Below are positions 12,621 through 25,150 of a stretch of DNA of 64,000 nt, one piece after another (position 1 is the stretch's first letter; each line of letters begins with the position of its first letter). The notes below the pieces were generated by a model, which did no database searches, was not told where the DNA came from, and saw only the letters and a list, made by a program, of their open reading frames with translations. The position numbers and the translations under genes are program-made. This stretch comes from Octopus bimaculoides (taxonomy: Eukaryota): the NCBI RefSeq assembly GCF_001194135.2, contig NC_068987.1, positions 12,187,828-12,251,827 on the forward strand. The letters are read 5' to 3'.

Positions 12621-13392
12621 CAAGTTGGACATAGCATAGCTAAAATATAGAAATCTATGAACAACATCTCAAAGTTTTAACAAAACTATAGTAATCTATC
12701 TACAGAACATCACATTGTATTTACGATAAAGGAATCTATCTATGGAACATTCACATAGTTAAGACATAAAAATCTAAAAATATCTCAAAGTTTTAGCAAG
12801 CATATAGACGATTCTCTAAAAAACATCTCAAATCTTTGAATCACACACAGTGATATTTCATAGTATGAAGTAATTAGAAAAAGGCTCACACATTTTTGGG
12901 GAATCATTAAATAGCCATTCTATCATTGTGGTTGCTTATAGCAGCACTGAAGACTGAGTGGGAAACGAGGTGAAAGAGAGAGAGGGGGGGTGAAGAGGAA
13001 ACAGATATAAGCTCACTGTAATTCCAGTGTGGGGACAGATTTATGTATAGAAATCTAGATTTTTGAGGAGTATCACCAAGTTGGACATAGCACAGCTAGG
13101 ATATAGGGATCTATGAACAACATCTCAAATTTTTAACAAAACTATAGTAATCCATCGATAAAATATCACATCATATTTACAATAAAGGAATCTATCTATG
13201 GAAAATCATATCATAGTTAAGATATAAGAATCTATAAACATCTCTAACTTTTAGCAAACATAGACAATTCTCTAAAAAAAACATCTCAAATCTTTGAATC
13301 ACACAGTGATATTTCATAGTTTGAAGTCATAGAAAAGGCTTATACATTTTGGGGAACCAATAAATAGCCATCCTATCATCATGGCTGCTGCT
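12621..13392. repeat. Diverged direct duplication of ~320 bp (offset 456 bp)
   Basis: caagttggacatagca...ctatcat at 12621-12937 and 13077-13392. Confidence 0.85.
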
Positions 13393-13449
13393 TCTCACCA
13401 CCACCACCACCACCATCGTTATTGTTGTTATTATTATTATTATTATTAT

Positions 13450-13481
<32 letters not shown>

Positions 13482-13530
13482 TTGCCCTTGTGGAAAATAA
13501 ATGAAATCATTATTATTATTATTAAATTAG

Positions 13531-13625
13531 GTCTTTCAGCGAAAGAAGTAGAAATGCTTGAATCTTCTCTTCGGCGACCAGGAGAAAAAGATATGGAATA
13601 TTTTGAACGTCGGTATCAGGAACGA
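13531..13625 (+). CDS. FAM221A: FAM221A coding exon
   Basis: aattag|GT CTT...GAA CGA|gtaaga; 95 nt, phase 1->0; SSLRRPGEKDMEYFERRYQER resembles FAM221A SSLRRPEEDDMAFFERRYQER; an alternative in-frame acceptor would start the exon at 13540. Confidence 0.9.
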
Positions 13626-14442
13626 GTAAGAGAAACATTAACAATATTATTAATCCTGCCCACTCTCTCCATTTATTTCCAGTTTCCAAGAAACTGTATC
13701 AATAGATATGTATGATAAGATATATGCATAATGTAATATATGTGTATAACATCGTTGCCTCACTGTATCAACCAGACCAGAAAATATGTATATATCGTAT
13801 GTTTCTGTCATGTGTTAAAATGCCACCAATCAGAAAATGGTACAAACTTTTCTTCCAATGCATATATATACGTATAAGAAGGGATGACCACTAGGTGGAC
13901 ATCCAATATGCTAGAAAGAGGTCATCAACACCCCAACCACAAAGAAAAATCATGTTCTCCAGAAAAAAAATTCAGCAAACACCAGAGCATAGGTGGGCAG
14001 GACAAAATGAAAAATATAGAAAATAAAGAATTAATTGTGTACCGGTTTCGCCATCGACTCTTTTACTTACGTAAAAACGTCTGTGGTTCGTCAGCACAAT
14101 CGTTCTAATATATAGAAGTAAGGGCCTAAATCCTTCAAAGGTATGTTTAACATCCAAGTCCATCAGTTCAATCCATAGCAAAGAATATATATGAAAATCT
14201 ATATATTCCATATTGACACAATAAAGAAAGGAAAAATAGAAGTGTAGACATTACTTGGTACATATATCCAATAAGAACTCTACAAGTTGTTTCCAAACCT
14301 AATTAATTCAAAACAAAATGAAATATAATCCTTTTGAAATCACAAATTAGGCTCTTCCTCGGAAATTCATTTTTGGAATGAATAGGTTTTACCACCAAAA
14401 ATATAAAGACCTTTACAATAGTCCAGAAAAGAGCAAACAATA

Positions 14443-14591
14443 GTGCTGGCCCTTTTAAGCATGTCTCAATATACTAACATGAAATAACTAATGTAAAAGT
14501 GTTATCTAAAGCTAATATATAAATATATATAAGACTTTTATATTGGTTATTTGATGTTAATATATTGAGACATGCTTAAAGGAGCCAGCAC
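14443..14591. repeat. ~150-bp inverted repeat / MITE-like hairpin
   Basis: gtgctggcccttttaagcatgtctcaatatactaacatgaaataac versus gttatttgatgttaatatattgagacatgcttaaaggagccagcac. Confidence 0.88.
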
Positions 14592-15283
14592 ATTGTATAA
14601 CGTAAAATATAAGAAAACCTGTAACCTATGGGTCAAGGTTCCATACTAAAATAAGACAGAATTGGACAAATGAGAAAGCTTTTATATGGTCACTCAACTT
14701 GCTGAAATAGTAGTTAAATCTCCCTAAAACCACAGGCTACTGCCTTAAAACTAAAGAAATAGTGTGTAATGTGGTCTGAGTAAATTATTCTTTGAAAAGA
14801 ATTGGATAGCCACAGCTGAGATATCTTTGAACTGAGATCTGCTCAATCAGGGCTGATTAAGGGCTAAATGGAGGCATAAGACAAGATTTACAGAATAATC
14901 TTATCATCAGATACTGGCATGACTATGTGGTTAAGCAGCTTGATTTGTTACCATGTGGTTTTAGGTTCAGTCCCACTGCATGGCACCTAGGGCAATTGTC
15001 TTCTATGGTAGCCCTGTATCAACCAATGCTTTGTGGGAGAATTTGGTAGCTGGAAACCCTTCAAGGCAGTGCCCCAGCATGGCCATTGTTCTATGATAGA
15101 AACAAGTAAAAAAAAAGTTAAAATATCAAAACACGCTTCAAATATTAATTGTAATAAAAATAAAAACTCAAAAATATTTTTTAAGAAGATATATTAAAAA
15201 TTTTTATGGCTTTTTTCAAAGATTTTTTTTTCTGCAAAGTAGATTATTGTCATGTTGAAATTGTCAATTTTCATAAATTTCAG

Positions 15284-15379
15284 CTTAAAGAGAAGAATAC
15301 TGCTCTGCCAAATCTTGCACTGCCAAGTACTTCACAAGATACTTCAAAAAAGTATAAAAGAACTACTTCAAATAAATAA
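15284..15379 (+). CDS. FAM221A: FAM221A probable terminal coding exon
   Basis: tttcag|CTT AAA...AAA TAA; phase 0, LKEKNTALPNLALPSTSQDTSKKYKRTTSNK*; phase fits, low sequence conservation. Confidence 0.7.
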   Translation, partial: LKEKNTALPNLALPSTSQDTSKKYKRTTSNK

Positions 15380-16373
15380 AATCTTCGATTGTAAAATGCT
15401 GCATATATTCCTATGAATTCTACATTCTTTGTAAATACAATCTGAACAACTCCCATGGTCCTATGTAGCCACACCAAGAGAAAACAGTTTTATGCCAAGA
15501 TTTAAAATTTTTAAAAACTTAAGCTCATTTTGTTGATGGAAATTTTTCAAACCAAATACAGTTGGTTCTGCTTAATTACCTATTGGATAATTTCATAATT
15601 TGGTTAATTGCATCACTTTTCCACACACACAACTTCTGAGTCTCAAATCTTTATAAAATTTGTCAATTAATTGCATATGTAAATTCATCAACTTTGCTTA
15701 ATTGCATAATCTGGTCTGTGACTTTTAGTAAAAATTGACAAAATCTAACATAAGACTGAACATTTTGATTTGGTACAGAAGAAAGTCATTTTGGAAGCTT
15801 CCAATTTCATAATGAGTTCAAATCACAGCCAATACTTCATGCTTGCAATCAACTGGTGCCAAAAGAATCAAATGTATTCAAATTATTTTTATCATTTCAA
15901 TAAATATAATACAATCAAAGTTCAGATTCTGTTGCGTTTTTCTTATCATGTCATAAATTTCTCTGATAAATAAATCATCATTGTAGATAAAATTATGAAA
16001 ACATAACTTTGAATCAGTCAAGGAATAAATATTTTGTTGGAGTATGGAGAGAACTTGTGCAGTGTATTGTTTATGTTTGAATGCACAAGAGCATGTTAAA
16101 GATAAGTGCACATAGCTTTATTCCATTCAATGTTACTTGGTGCATGTCTAATAAATTTATTTCAGCTTGACAAAGGTTTCTGCACATCAGCGAACATACT
16201 ATTTGCTAAAGTGATAGTATGTTGTCAACTTAATGTGACAGTCCAATGAAAGGGAAGAATGCTACTGTTATTTTGAGTAGATATGAAGAATAATAATAAA
16301 TAATGGAGCAAAACGCGTATGATCAATAAGGAACTTATTGATCATTCGCATTTTGCTCCATTTATTATTATTC

Positions 16374-16441
<68 letters not shown>

Positions 16442-16833
16442 GCAGTTTTTATGTACTGTATCCACTCACAAGGCTTTTGGTTAGCCCAGAGCTATTAGAA
16501 GGCATGTACCCAAAGTGTCATGCAATGCGACTGAATTTGAAACCCTGTGGTTTGGAAGCAAACAAATTAGTCACACAGCCATCATATATGAATAAAACAT
16601 ACTCCAGCACCACTGTGTGGCTGAGCACATTTGGTCCCGGAATGAAACTCAAGAAACAAAATATAAATTCTTAAAAAATTTGTTTTACATAAACAGGAAA
16701 TTGCAATGAAACAGACTCTAACAAAAAGACAATTCAATAACGTATAAGTAAATATTTTTATTATGTAAAATATTCAAGATATGTTAAGCAGATCTTACTG
16801 GTTCATGTTTGAGACTTTTAGTTCCCCAGTCAC

Positions 16834-16881
<48 letters not shown>

Positions 16882-17314
16882 AAAATAATATTTACAAGCA
16901 TTCTTTTTTTCTGTACAATTTTGTGAGTTGATAATTGCTGACCTTAGAATGCATAATATACAACTTGTACTTAAATTAAACTTTAAACCTTGAACATTTA
17001 AACTGACCATATCCAGCAAAAGTATCCTATCTGTTTTATGTTCAAACTAGCGAGATCTCTCACCCCTAACCTACAATGTCATTTTAAATTATTGAAAAGT
17101 CAAAGCTACAAGATAATGCATGATTAATTCAAACAATGTGGATAAATAGGCATTACATTTGATAAAGTAATCTGAATACTAAATGGATCAATGCTTATTA
17201 CTGAACAAATTTTCAGAAATTGCACTACAGAAATTGAATTATAATTTACTATAACTTCAAACAGATTAAAAAAATGTTATCATAAACAGTCATGTTATAT
17301 ATATATGTATATAT

Positions 17315-17382
17315 ATCTGTAATATAATATGTGAAAATTATTCGGTTGTAACCGAATAATTGTCACATATTATATTACAGAT
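17315..17382. repeat. 68-bp near-perfect palindrome
   Basis: 33-bp arms with one mismatch and a 2-nt loop (gt). Confidence 0.92.
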
Positions 17383-18038
17383 AAATTCCTCTATTTACAT
17401 AATATCGAGGTCTCATTCATTTTTTTGTTGTCTTACCTTTTCTATCAATATATATATATATATATATTGTAATAAACAATGTTTTCATTGTATTCAAAAC
17501 TACCACCATAATCTTTCAGGGGAAAAATAACTTTACATAAGCTAATATTAAACATAAGTTAATATTAACCGCTGCATTTTCTTTTAAAACGTTTTCTCCA
17601 AGTAGTTTTGACAATAATGAAGTATTTAGTAGAATAACTCTAATTAGCAGGGTGCTGTTTAGAACATAATTTAACATGAAATTTTGATGGAGGTTTTTAA
17701 TTTAGATAATTTGAAAACAGGCTATTTGTATATCATAGAACTAAGGATAGTCTTGAACAAGTTGGTATCAAAAGGCTGAAGATATTTTCTTATCACATAT
17801 TTGCTAAACAACTGTTAAAAAAAAAAATATATTCAGACAGAGTGTGCAAGTAAATTAGAATTATTATTACTTTTATTTATTTACTTTTTGTTTTGTTTAA
17901 TAAATAATTTTAAATGTGATGTTTTTTGTCTTTTTCCTCTTGTAATTTTGCCCTTTAAAAACTGCAATTATTGGAAAAATTTAATTTAAATAAAACTTCT
18001 CCAAATATTTCTAAACAGTTATATCCAGTTAGCATCTT

Positions 18039-18116
<78 letters not shown>

Positions 18117-18639
18117 AATTCATAAGTATTGACATCTAAATATTAAATCCACCTCAGATCATTTAGAATATTGCTTCAACAACTTGTGAGAAAAATGAAG
18201 ACAGAGTAAATGGGGAAACATCCATAGCAAACCGTATCCTATAAGTGGAATAACAGTTGAAATTCCACTAGGATCTTCACTAATCTTCATAGCCAGTCCT
18301 TCCCTCCCAGAGCATCGGCCCTCTGGAATTCCCTCCCTGTTCATATCTTTCCCTCAGAGGCCGACTTACAAAGGTTCAAAAAAGAAAAAAACATTCATGG
18401 CATCAGTCTTCATTAGACTGGAAGGGTCTGCGAAGGCCATGGGCACTGCCTCATCTTCCAAACCTAGTAAGTAAGGCAAGAAGGGAAAAACCCCCACAAA
18501 ATTTACTACATTCGATATATAGCATTAAAATATTTAGGCTGCTAAAATTACCAATGCTTTAGGTTTACTACAGAAAACAAAAAGGGGACGACAACCCTCC
18601 ATTTCATGAACAAGTGAGTTACATTGACATTTTTAAACA

Positions 18640-19090
18640 CTACATACTCTGAAGGCTGTTTTACCTATGAGGTACAAGAAGTGAATATTAAATGTTGACG
18701 AAAAGTATGATTGTGAATGTGAAGTAGCTGAAGTGGGGTTTCTTCGCAGGATCTCTAAAGTAAATGTTATTTGATAGGGTGCATAACTTGGAGATAAGGG
18801 AATCTCCAGATTGAGACACCACTACTGTTTTTGCATTGAGAATTTACAGCTATGTTACTATGGACATGTGATTAGAATGTCACAAGAAAGAATTGGATTC
18901 TTCAAGCCGAAGCAACTGGCAGGAGATGTAGGGTAGCGGTAGACCAAGAATGAGATGCTTGGATAATATTGACAGCCTCAGATGGCTATGCTTGGGAATC
19001 AAGCTGGAAAGTCTAATGACAGCTATTTCTGATAGGCCCTTATGGAGAAGGTGCCCAAGGACTCTATCCCTATGACTCTCCTAAAATCAA
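18640..19090 (+). mobile_element. Decayed RTE-clade LINE ORF 3' fragment; similar remnants at ~10430-10750 and 23590-23760
   Basis: Frameshifted AEVGFLRRIS...DRVHNLEIRE...QLCYYGHVIRM...GRPRMRCLDNI resembles the C-terminus of RTE/Expander ORFs. Confidence 0.65.
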
Positions 19091-19800
19091 GGGTGGGAAA
19101 ACCAGAGGGATACAGGAAATATTGGCATAGTATACTGTATTTGATAGCATATAAGACGCTTTTCCCAAATCAATGTCTCACAAAAATCAACCCAGGCCCT
19201 ATACACAAAGTTACTTTAAACATTAGATACTTTGATGCACTAAAATATTTTTCTCCTAAATATGTGCTGCTGAAATTGAGGTGAATCCAATATGCTCAAG
19301 CATCTTTTATGCCATTTGATATGATGTATAAAGAGTGTTATGGCTTATTAGAAGATCATATACGTAAATTTTGAGATTCTTAACAACAGTAAAATGCAAC
19401 ATATCTCCTATGATGATATTGCAGTATTTACTATCGTGAAACAGTGTGTCCTCTGAAAATCAAGAATATAATATATAATTAGTAACGTTAGAATAAGTTG
19501 ACAAGGACAGCTAGCAGCTAAACGAACTAAGAAGGGAATGTGAAAATGTCAAAGATTTTGGATTAGTGTTGGTTAAAACATGCATAACATGAATTTAGAT
19601 AAATATGAAATTATTGTGTGACAAAATCTCATTCGCTTTTAAACGGACTAAAAAATTAAAATTAATGATGTAATTTAAATATGCAGATATGTGTAAACAT
19701 TAATACAACATTTAGAATATAGATTGATTGCTATATACATCTAAAAAGAGAAGAAAATGCATTGAGAACTACATACATATAAATATACACATGTATATAA

Positions 19801-19843
<43 letters not shown>

Positions 19844-21641
19844 GACACATGCACATGTGTATTATGTAAATAATGAATTGTGTCAAATGAATGAGAGAAG
19901 ATGTTGTAGAGTATATGGTTTATTAAAATTGAATGTTTATTTTGCAATCTGAGTTTCATGCTGCAGTGAAATTCAGGCATGAGCATTCTCACCTGAAGAT
20001 TGTAGTGGCATGAAACTTGAAGAGTGAGATAACCATTCAGTTTTGATAAACTACATTAAGATACATTATTATTTGAGTAAAGGATCATAGATTGACACTA
20101 TATGAAAGACAGAGTTTATGATCCATGCTTACACGGATATCACATGTATAGATTTGTAGTCGACAGGTAAATATTTCCATTGGAACAAAAACTATCATCA
20201 TCCAATTTACATTACACAACACAATCTTGATTCTGTTTTGTCTTTCTTTTTCAACAAATATTGTGAGGTGAGATCAAAAGGAAAATAAGAGAAATATTAA
20301 TGAAGAAATATATAGAAATATTCCAGTTTGTTTTTGACATCTGATATGTTATCAAGGACATTTCTAAAATACAAACCCCAATGAGTGTCAAGAAATAATA
20401 TCTTTAAAAAAAAGGAAAAAAAAAAAAGAAAAAATGTTTGATGATATATAAACATAGAACTACATATAAAGTTACAATTACCTTGCATGATACTATTTTT
20501 AAAATATTAAAATAATATAAACTTTTATCAATAAATTGAATAAAGAGTTTAAATTTTTGTTTTAATAAAAATTAATGAGATTCTTATTATGTCAAAATTC
20601 ATCTCCAGTAAAATGCGGCGTTGAATTCTATCTGAAATGTTGTTTATAGTAGGAAGACAGGTTTATAAAATGCTCAGCTTCTTCTGTGATGCCCTTTTCA
20701 TTGAAGGAGTAAATATTTGCATAAGTTTTAAATGCTTATCATAATAAAAAATGTAATACACAAATGCATAAGGAACTTTCATTTCTGAGATTTGTCAAAA
20801 ATGTTTCATCATAACAAATCTAGTTATTCCCCTTGATTAAAAGACATCCACTTAAAAGATCCAGCATATAAAACTGCTGGATTTGTTCAGGTTGGTGCAA
20901 AGATTTTTTTATTAACTTTTTTTTTTAACTAAACAGATTGAAACTTTGTATACTTGTGGTAACATTTATTAGAGATGACCCAGAAGTTGTTCCTCTTCGA
21001 TTGCTATCACAAACAGCAGTAACTTTTTTCAGCTAAATACACATCGTTGATTGGTTGAAATTACCCAAATACGACAACACAAAATAACTTTTAAAATACC
21101 AAATTTTGTCAAAAATGGTCAAAGTATACCATGTTCTGCATGAGACATTCCACCAGTATATGAAGTCAAAAAACATTAATTAAAAAAATCTGTGAACCAA
21201 ATCGAACAGATCCAAACTGATTCTCTAGGAAAATGAATTCTTAAAATTTAGGGACACTTAGTACACACATGCACTCAAATATACACACACATGGTATTAT
21301 ATATACCTTTTTACTTTCTAATTTTAAAGAAAGATAAATTCAGTATCCACGTTTCTTTAAACAACTTGATTTTTGCTAAAAACCAGTCACATTATTTGTC
21401 TTTAACCATAAATAAGGATGGATGCTTGCAAGATATTACTGTCAGTAATATGCACTGATAAAAGTTATTTAATAAATGCAGAATGGGTTTCATATTTACA
21501 TTTCCTAACCCAGGTGCTGGTTTATTTAGAAGATTGTTTACTTTTTCATTTTCCTTTATTTTAATTTTGTTTTTTTTAATCAATTATAAATCTTTGAATA
21601 TATAACTATATAGGTTTCTTTTTAACTGGCATTCTTTGATA

Positions 21642-21729
21642 TCAGCTGCAACATTTTTTTTTAATAGATGATTCACTATTCAGTTCCAAAACTTTTTCCA
21701 GTTCTTCATCCTCTTTCTCTTTCAAAACA
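21642..21729 (-). CDS. CRACR2A: CRACR2A-like terminal exon with CCX prenylation motif
   Basis: ttttcag|T GTT TTG...TGC AGC TGA; VLKEKEDEELEKVLELNSESSIKKKCCS*, cf. recalled Rab46 end FLKEQED...KKKSCCG; the 15 exons total 1401 nt, a multiple of 3. Confidence 0.93.
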
Positions 21730-21784
21730 CTGAAAAGTGAATAAAAATAGATAAATAAATAATGTTTCACTTAACTGTAACAAA

Positions 21785-22245
21785 GACGCAAGTGAAATCA
21801 AAATCGAATTAAATTCGACGACTGGCACCCATGCCAACGTCGTCTCCTTCATTGGACACTAAACTCGGCTTGCGAAGACCTGTTGGGGCAAGCGAAAGTG
21901 AAATTGTGATGGTGCACTTGTGCTGGTGGCACGTGTAAAGACATTCAAGCGAGGTCATTGCCAGTGCCGCTGGACTGGTTCCTGTGCAGGGGGAACGTAA
22001 AATACACCATTTTGAGCGTGGCCGTTGCCAGTACAACCTGACTGACCCTTGTGCTGGTGGCACGTAAAAGCACCCACTACACTCTCGGAGTGGTTGGCAT
22101 TAGGAAGGGCATCCAGCTGTAGAAACTCTGCCAGATCAGATTGGAGTCTGGTGTAGCCATATGATTCGCCAGTCCTCAGTCAAATCGTCCAACCCATGCT
22201 AGCATGGAAAGCGGACGTTAAATGATGATGATGATGATGATGATG
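21785..22245 (+). mobile_element. (GAT)n-tailed non-LTR retroposon (family A), long copy
   Basis: Common 3' end ...gtcaaatcgtccaacccatgctagcatggaaagcggacgttaaa(tga)n; copies are variably 5'-truncated; internal ~65-bp subrepeats. Confidence 0.85.
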
Positions 22246-22465
22246 TTTGTTTTGAGCCTTCAGGTCCCTTAGACTCTGGAGCAGAGTCCAGTCTCCACAG
22301 AATTTAAGCCTTGTGAGTGGATTTGGTAGACGGAAACTGAAAGAAGCCCGTCGTAAANNNNNNNNNNNNNNNNNNNNNNNNNNNNNNNNNNNNNNNNNNN
22401 NNNNNNNNNNNNNNNNNNNNNNNNNNNNNNNNNNNNNNNNNNNNNNNNNNNNNNTATATGTATAC

Positions 22466-22501
<36 letters not shown>

Positions 22502-22763
22502 ATATGTTTGTATGTCTGTGTTTGTCCCCCAACATCGCTTGACAACCGATGCTGGTATGTTTACGTCCCTGTAACTTAGCGGTTCGACAAAAGAGACCGA
22601 TAGAATAAGTACTAGGCTTACAAAGAATAAGTCCTGGGGTCGATTTGCTCAACTAAAGGTGATGCTCCAGCATGGCCACAGTCAAATGACTGAAACAAAT
22701 AAAATGAAAAAATAGATAAATAAATAAAATAAAGTGATTTATAATGGCACTTGTGCCACTTAC

Positions 22764-22840
22764 CATGCCATAGCATGCATTGCTTCAAACACCCGGCTTC
22801 CATCTTTTGCACTTGTCTCATAAAGTAGAGCATTATTTTC
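22764..22840 (-). CDS. CRACR2A: CRACR2A-like Rab domain exon (G5)
   Basis: ttgtag|GAA AAT...GCA TG|gtaagt; 77 nt, 0->2; ENNALLYETSAKDGSRVFEAMHAMA(C). Confidence 0.95.
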
Positions 22841-24227
22841 CTACAACAATACAAAGTATTCGTAGTCAAAGAGAATAACAAAAAGTGTATATTTTAACAT
22901 ATAGGCACAGGCATGGCTGTGTGATAAGAAGCTGGTTTCCTAACTACAAGGTTCCAGGTTCAGTTCCACTGAATGGCACTTTGGACAAGTGTCTTCTACT
23001 ATAGCTTCAGGCTAACCAAAGCTTTGTGAGTGGATTTGGTAGATGGAAACTGAAAGAAGCCTGCCGTATATATGTATATATATATGTATATATAATTAAT
23101 AATATCGAAGGGGAATAGAAATATTAGAAATTTCTACTACCGGTGGCCTAGCGTGTAATTTTATAATCTTAATTTTTTATGCTGTTGCAATATTTTCGTT
23201 AAGCCCCTTGTTCTGAAAACACAACCTTCAGTAAGGTATGATCGCTTGACTAATAAATTGGAAAAATCATTACCATATTAATTTTTTAATATTTAAACTA
23301 TTTAAACTATATTTAAGACCAAATATTTTATCTGTTTTATGTTAAAATTGGCCAAATCTGGCCTCTCTCACCTACTCGACAATGTCATTGTAAAAATAAT
23401 CACATCATTGAAACCTCAATGCTATGAGATAATGCAAGATTAATTAAGAAGAATGTGAATAAGTAAGCATCACATTTTACAGAGTAATCTGTATGCTAAA
23501 GGGTTAAGTCAACTGTTACTTTGATGCATTTAATCATAACTCTCATTTCCTTTCTTTTAAATTTTCATGTTTTTGTCAATTGGAAGATAGAGGCGAGGGC
23601 TCAGTAGGTGAGGGCTCAGTAGGTGAGGCAGATCTGTCCATACTTGGCTGAGGACTATGGAAGGGGATCAGACCTAAGAATAGGCTCATAATGTCAGATA
23701 TGGACCAAGCAAACAAGCTAGGTAGAGGTCTCGCAAGGCCTAATGCTCCATGATAAGTGAGAAGAAATAAAACCAAGACTCTTAAGTTTCACGTATATAA
23801 TATATCATATATATGTGTGTGTCTTTGTGTCTGTGTTTGTGCAACACACACTACCACTGCTTGACAATCGGTGTTGGTTTGTTCACATCCCCATTATCGA
23901 GCAGTTCAGCAAAAGAAACTGATAGAATAAGTGCCAGACTTAACAAAAGAACATAAGTTCCAAGGTCAAAAGAACATCAGCTCAAAGAACAAAAGAACAT
24001 AAGTTCCAGGGTGGGTCAATTTGCTCAACTAAAACCCTTTAAAAGGGATACCCCAGCATAGCTGCAGTGCAATGACTAAAGCAAGTAAAAGAAGATAGAA
24101 CATTAGCACCCCAATTGGAATGGTGAAATGAAAGGAATGCTGGGATGTCAGATCGGATGTCTTGTCTTATTTAGTTTGAGGCTCTTTATGTTCAGAGTTC
24201 AAATCCTACCAGATGCAGTTGGCTTAC

Positions 24228-24338
24228 CTCAGCAAGTCTGGATGCCATCTTGAACTGTCTTGATTGCTCATTGTCATCTGTATACAAATCTGTTTTGTTA
24301 CCAACAATAACGATAACTGTGTTTGGATCAACAGTTTC
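24228..24338 (-). CDS. CRACR2A: CRACR2A-like Rab domain exon (G4)
   Basis: cttccag|GAA ACT...GCT GAG|gtaagc; 111 nt, 0->0; ETVDPNTVIVIVGNKTDLYTDDNEQSRQFKMASRLAE. Confidence 0.94.
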
Positions 24339-24649
24339 CTGGAAGAAAGAAAAAGACTGGTTATGCTCGTAGACAGAGTAAATGCTTGAGCTGAGAGAAA
24401 GGAAGCAGAAAAGGAATTGAAGTAGGAGTGTAGGCAGGGAGAAAGAGATAGAGATAGAAAAAGAGGGAGAGAGAGAGAGAAAGATGGTGGGAGGAATGTG
24501 GTGTAAGATTAATGGTCTGGATTGCAAGATGAATAAAGAGGAAGTATTTAATGGAACATTAAAACAAGAAAATTGCACCAAAGCTGCATGACAGTGGTGT
24601 CAAGCATGGCATGTAGACCATCACAATTAGTTTGACATGCACATGACAT

Positions 24650-25150
24650 TTTTAATCTTCACTTTCATTTTATTTTGATAAGCGCATTGTGTTTATATTC
24701 TTCACTTTCATTTTATTTTGACACATGCAATGCGTTTTTATTCTTCACTGACTGGTTCCCCATGCCGATAGCACGTAAAAAGCACCATCTGAACGTGGCC
24801 AATGCCAGTGCCGCCTGACTGGCTCCCATGTTGGTGGCATGTAAAAAGCACCCACTACACTCTCAGAGTGGCTGGGCGTTAGGAAGGGCATCCAGCTGTA
24901 GAAACATTGCCAGATTAGATTGGAGCCTGGTGCAGCTTCCTGGCTTGCCAGTCCCCAGTCAAACAGTCCAACCCATGCCAGCATGGAAAACGGACGTTAA
25001 ACGACGATGATGATGATGATGATGATGACTTCTATTTTATTTGGACATACGCAATGCATTTTTAATCTTCGCTTCCATTTTATTTTGACATAGGCATTGA
25101 GCTTTTATTCTTCACTTCCATTTTATTCTGACAAGTGCATTGCGTTTTTA
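24650..25150. repeat. 43-bp minisatellite interrupted by a family A insertion
   Basis: Unit ~actttcattttattttgacacatgcaatgcgtttttattcttc at 24661, 24704 and 24747, resuming after 25028. Confidence 0.8.

Noticed and set aside
13700-14200. Possible decayed GIY-YIG/Penelope ORF in the last FAM221A intron
   Set aside because: Only scattered motif-like words (NVIY...) across frames; too weak to call.
16835-16876. 42-nt poly(A) run as the tail of a processed pseudogene
   Set aside because: No upstream ORF remnant, known repeat body or TSD could be identified.
19985-20030. CTGAAGA...GAAAC flanked by a 6-bp potential stem I
   Set aside because: No G-C pair closing stem II and no NUH cleavage triplet or stem III; not a credible hammerhead.
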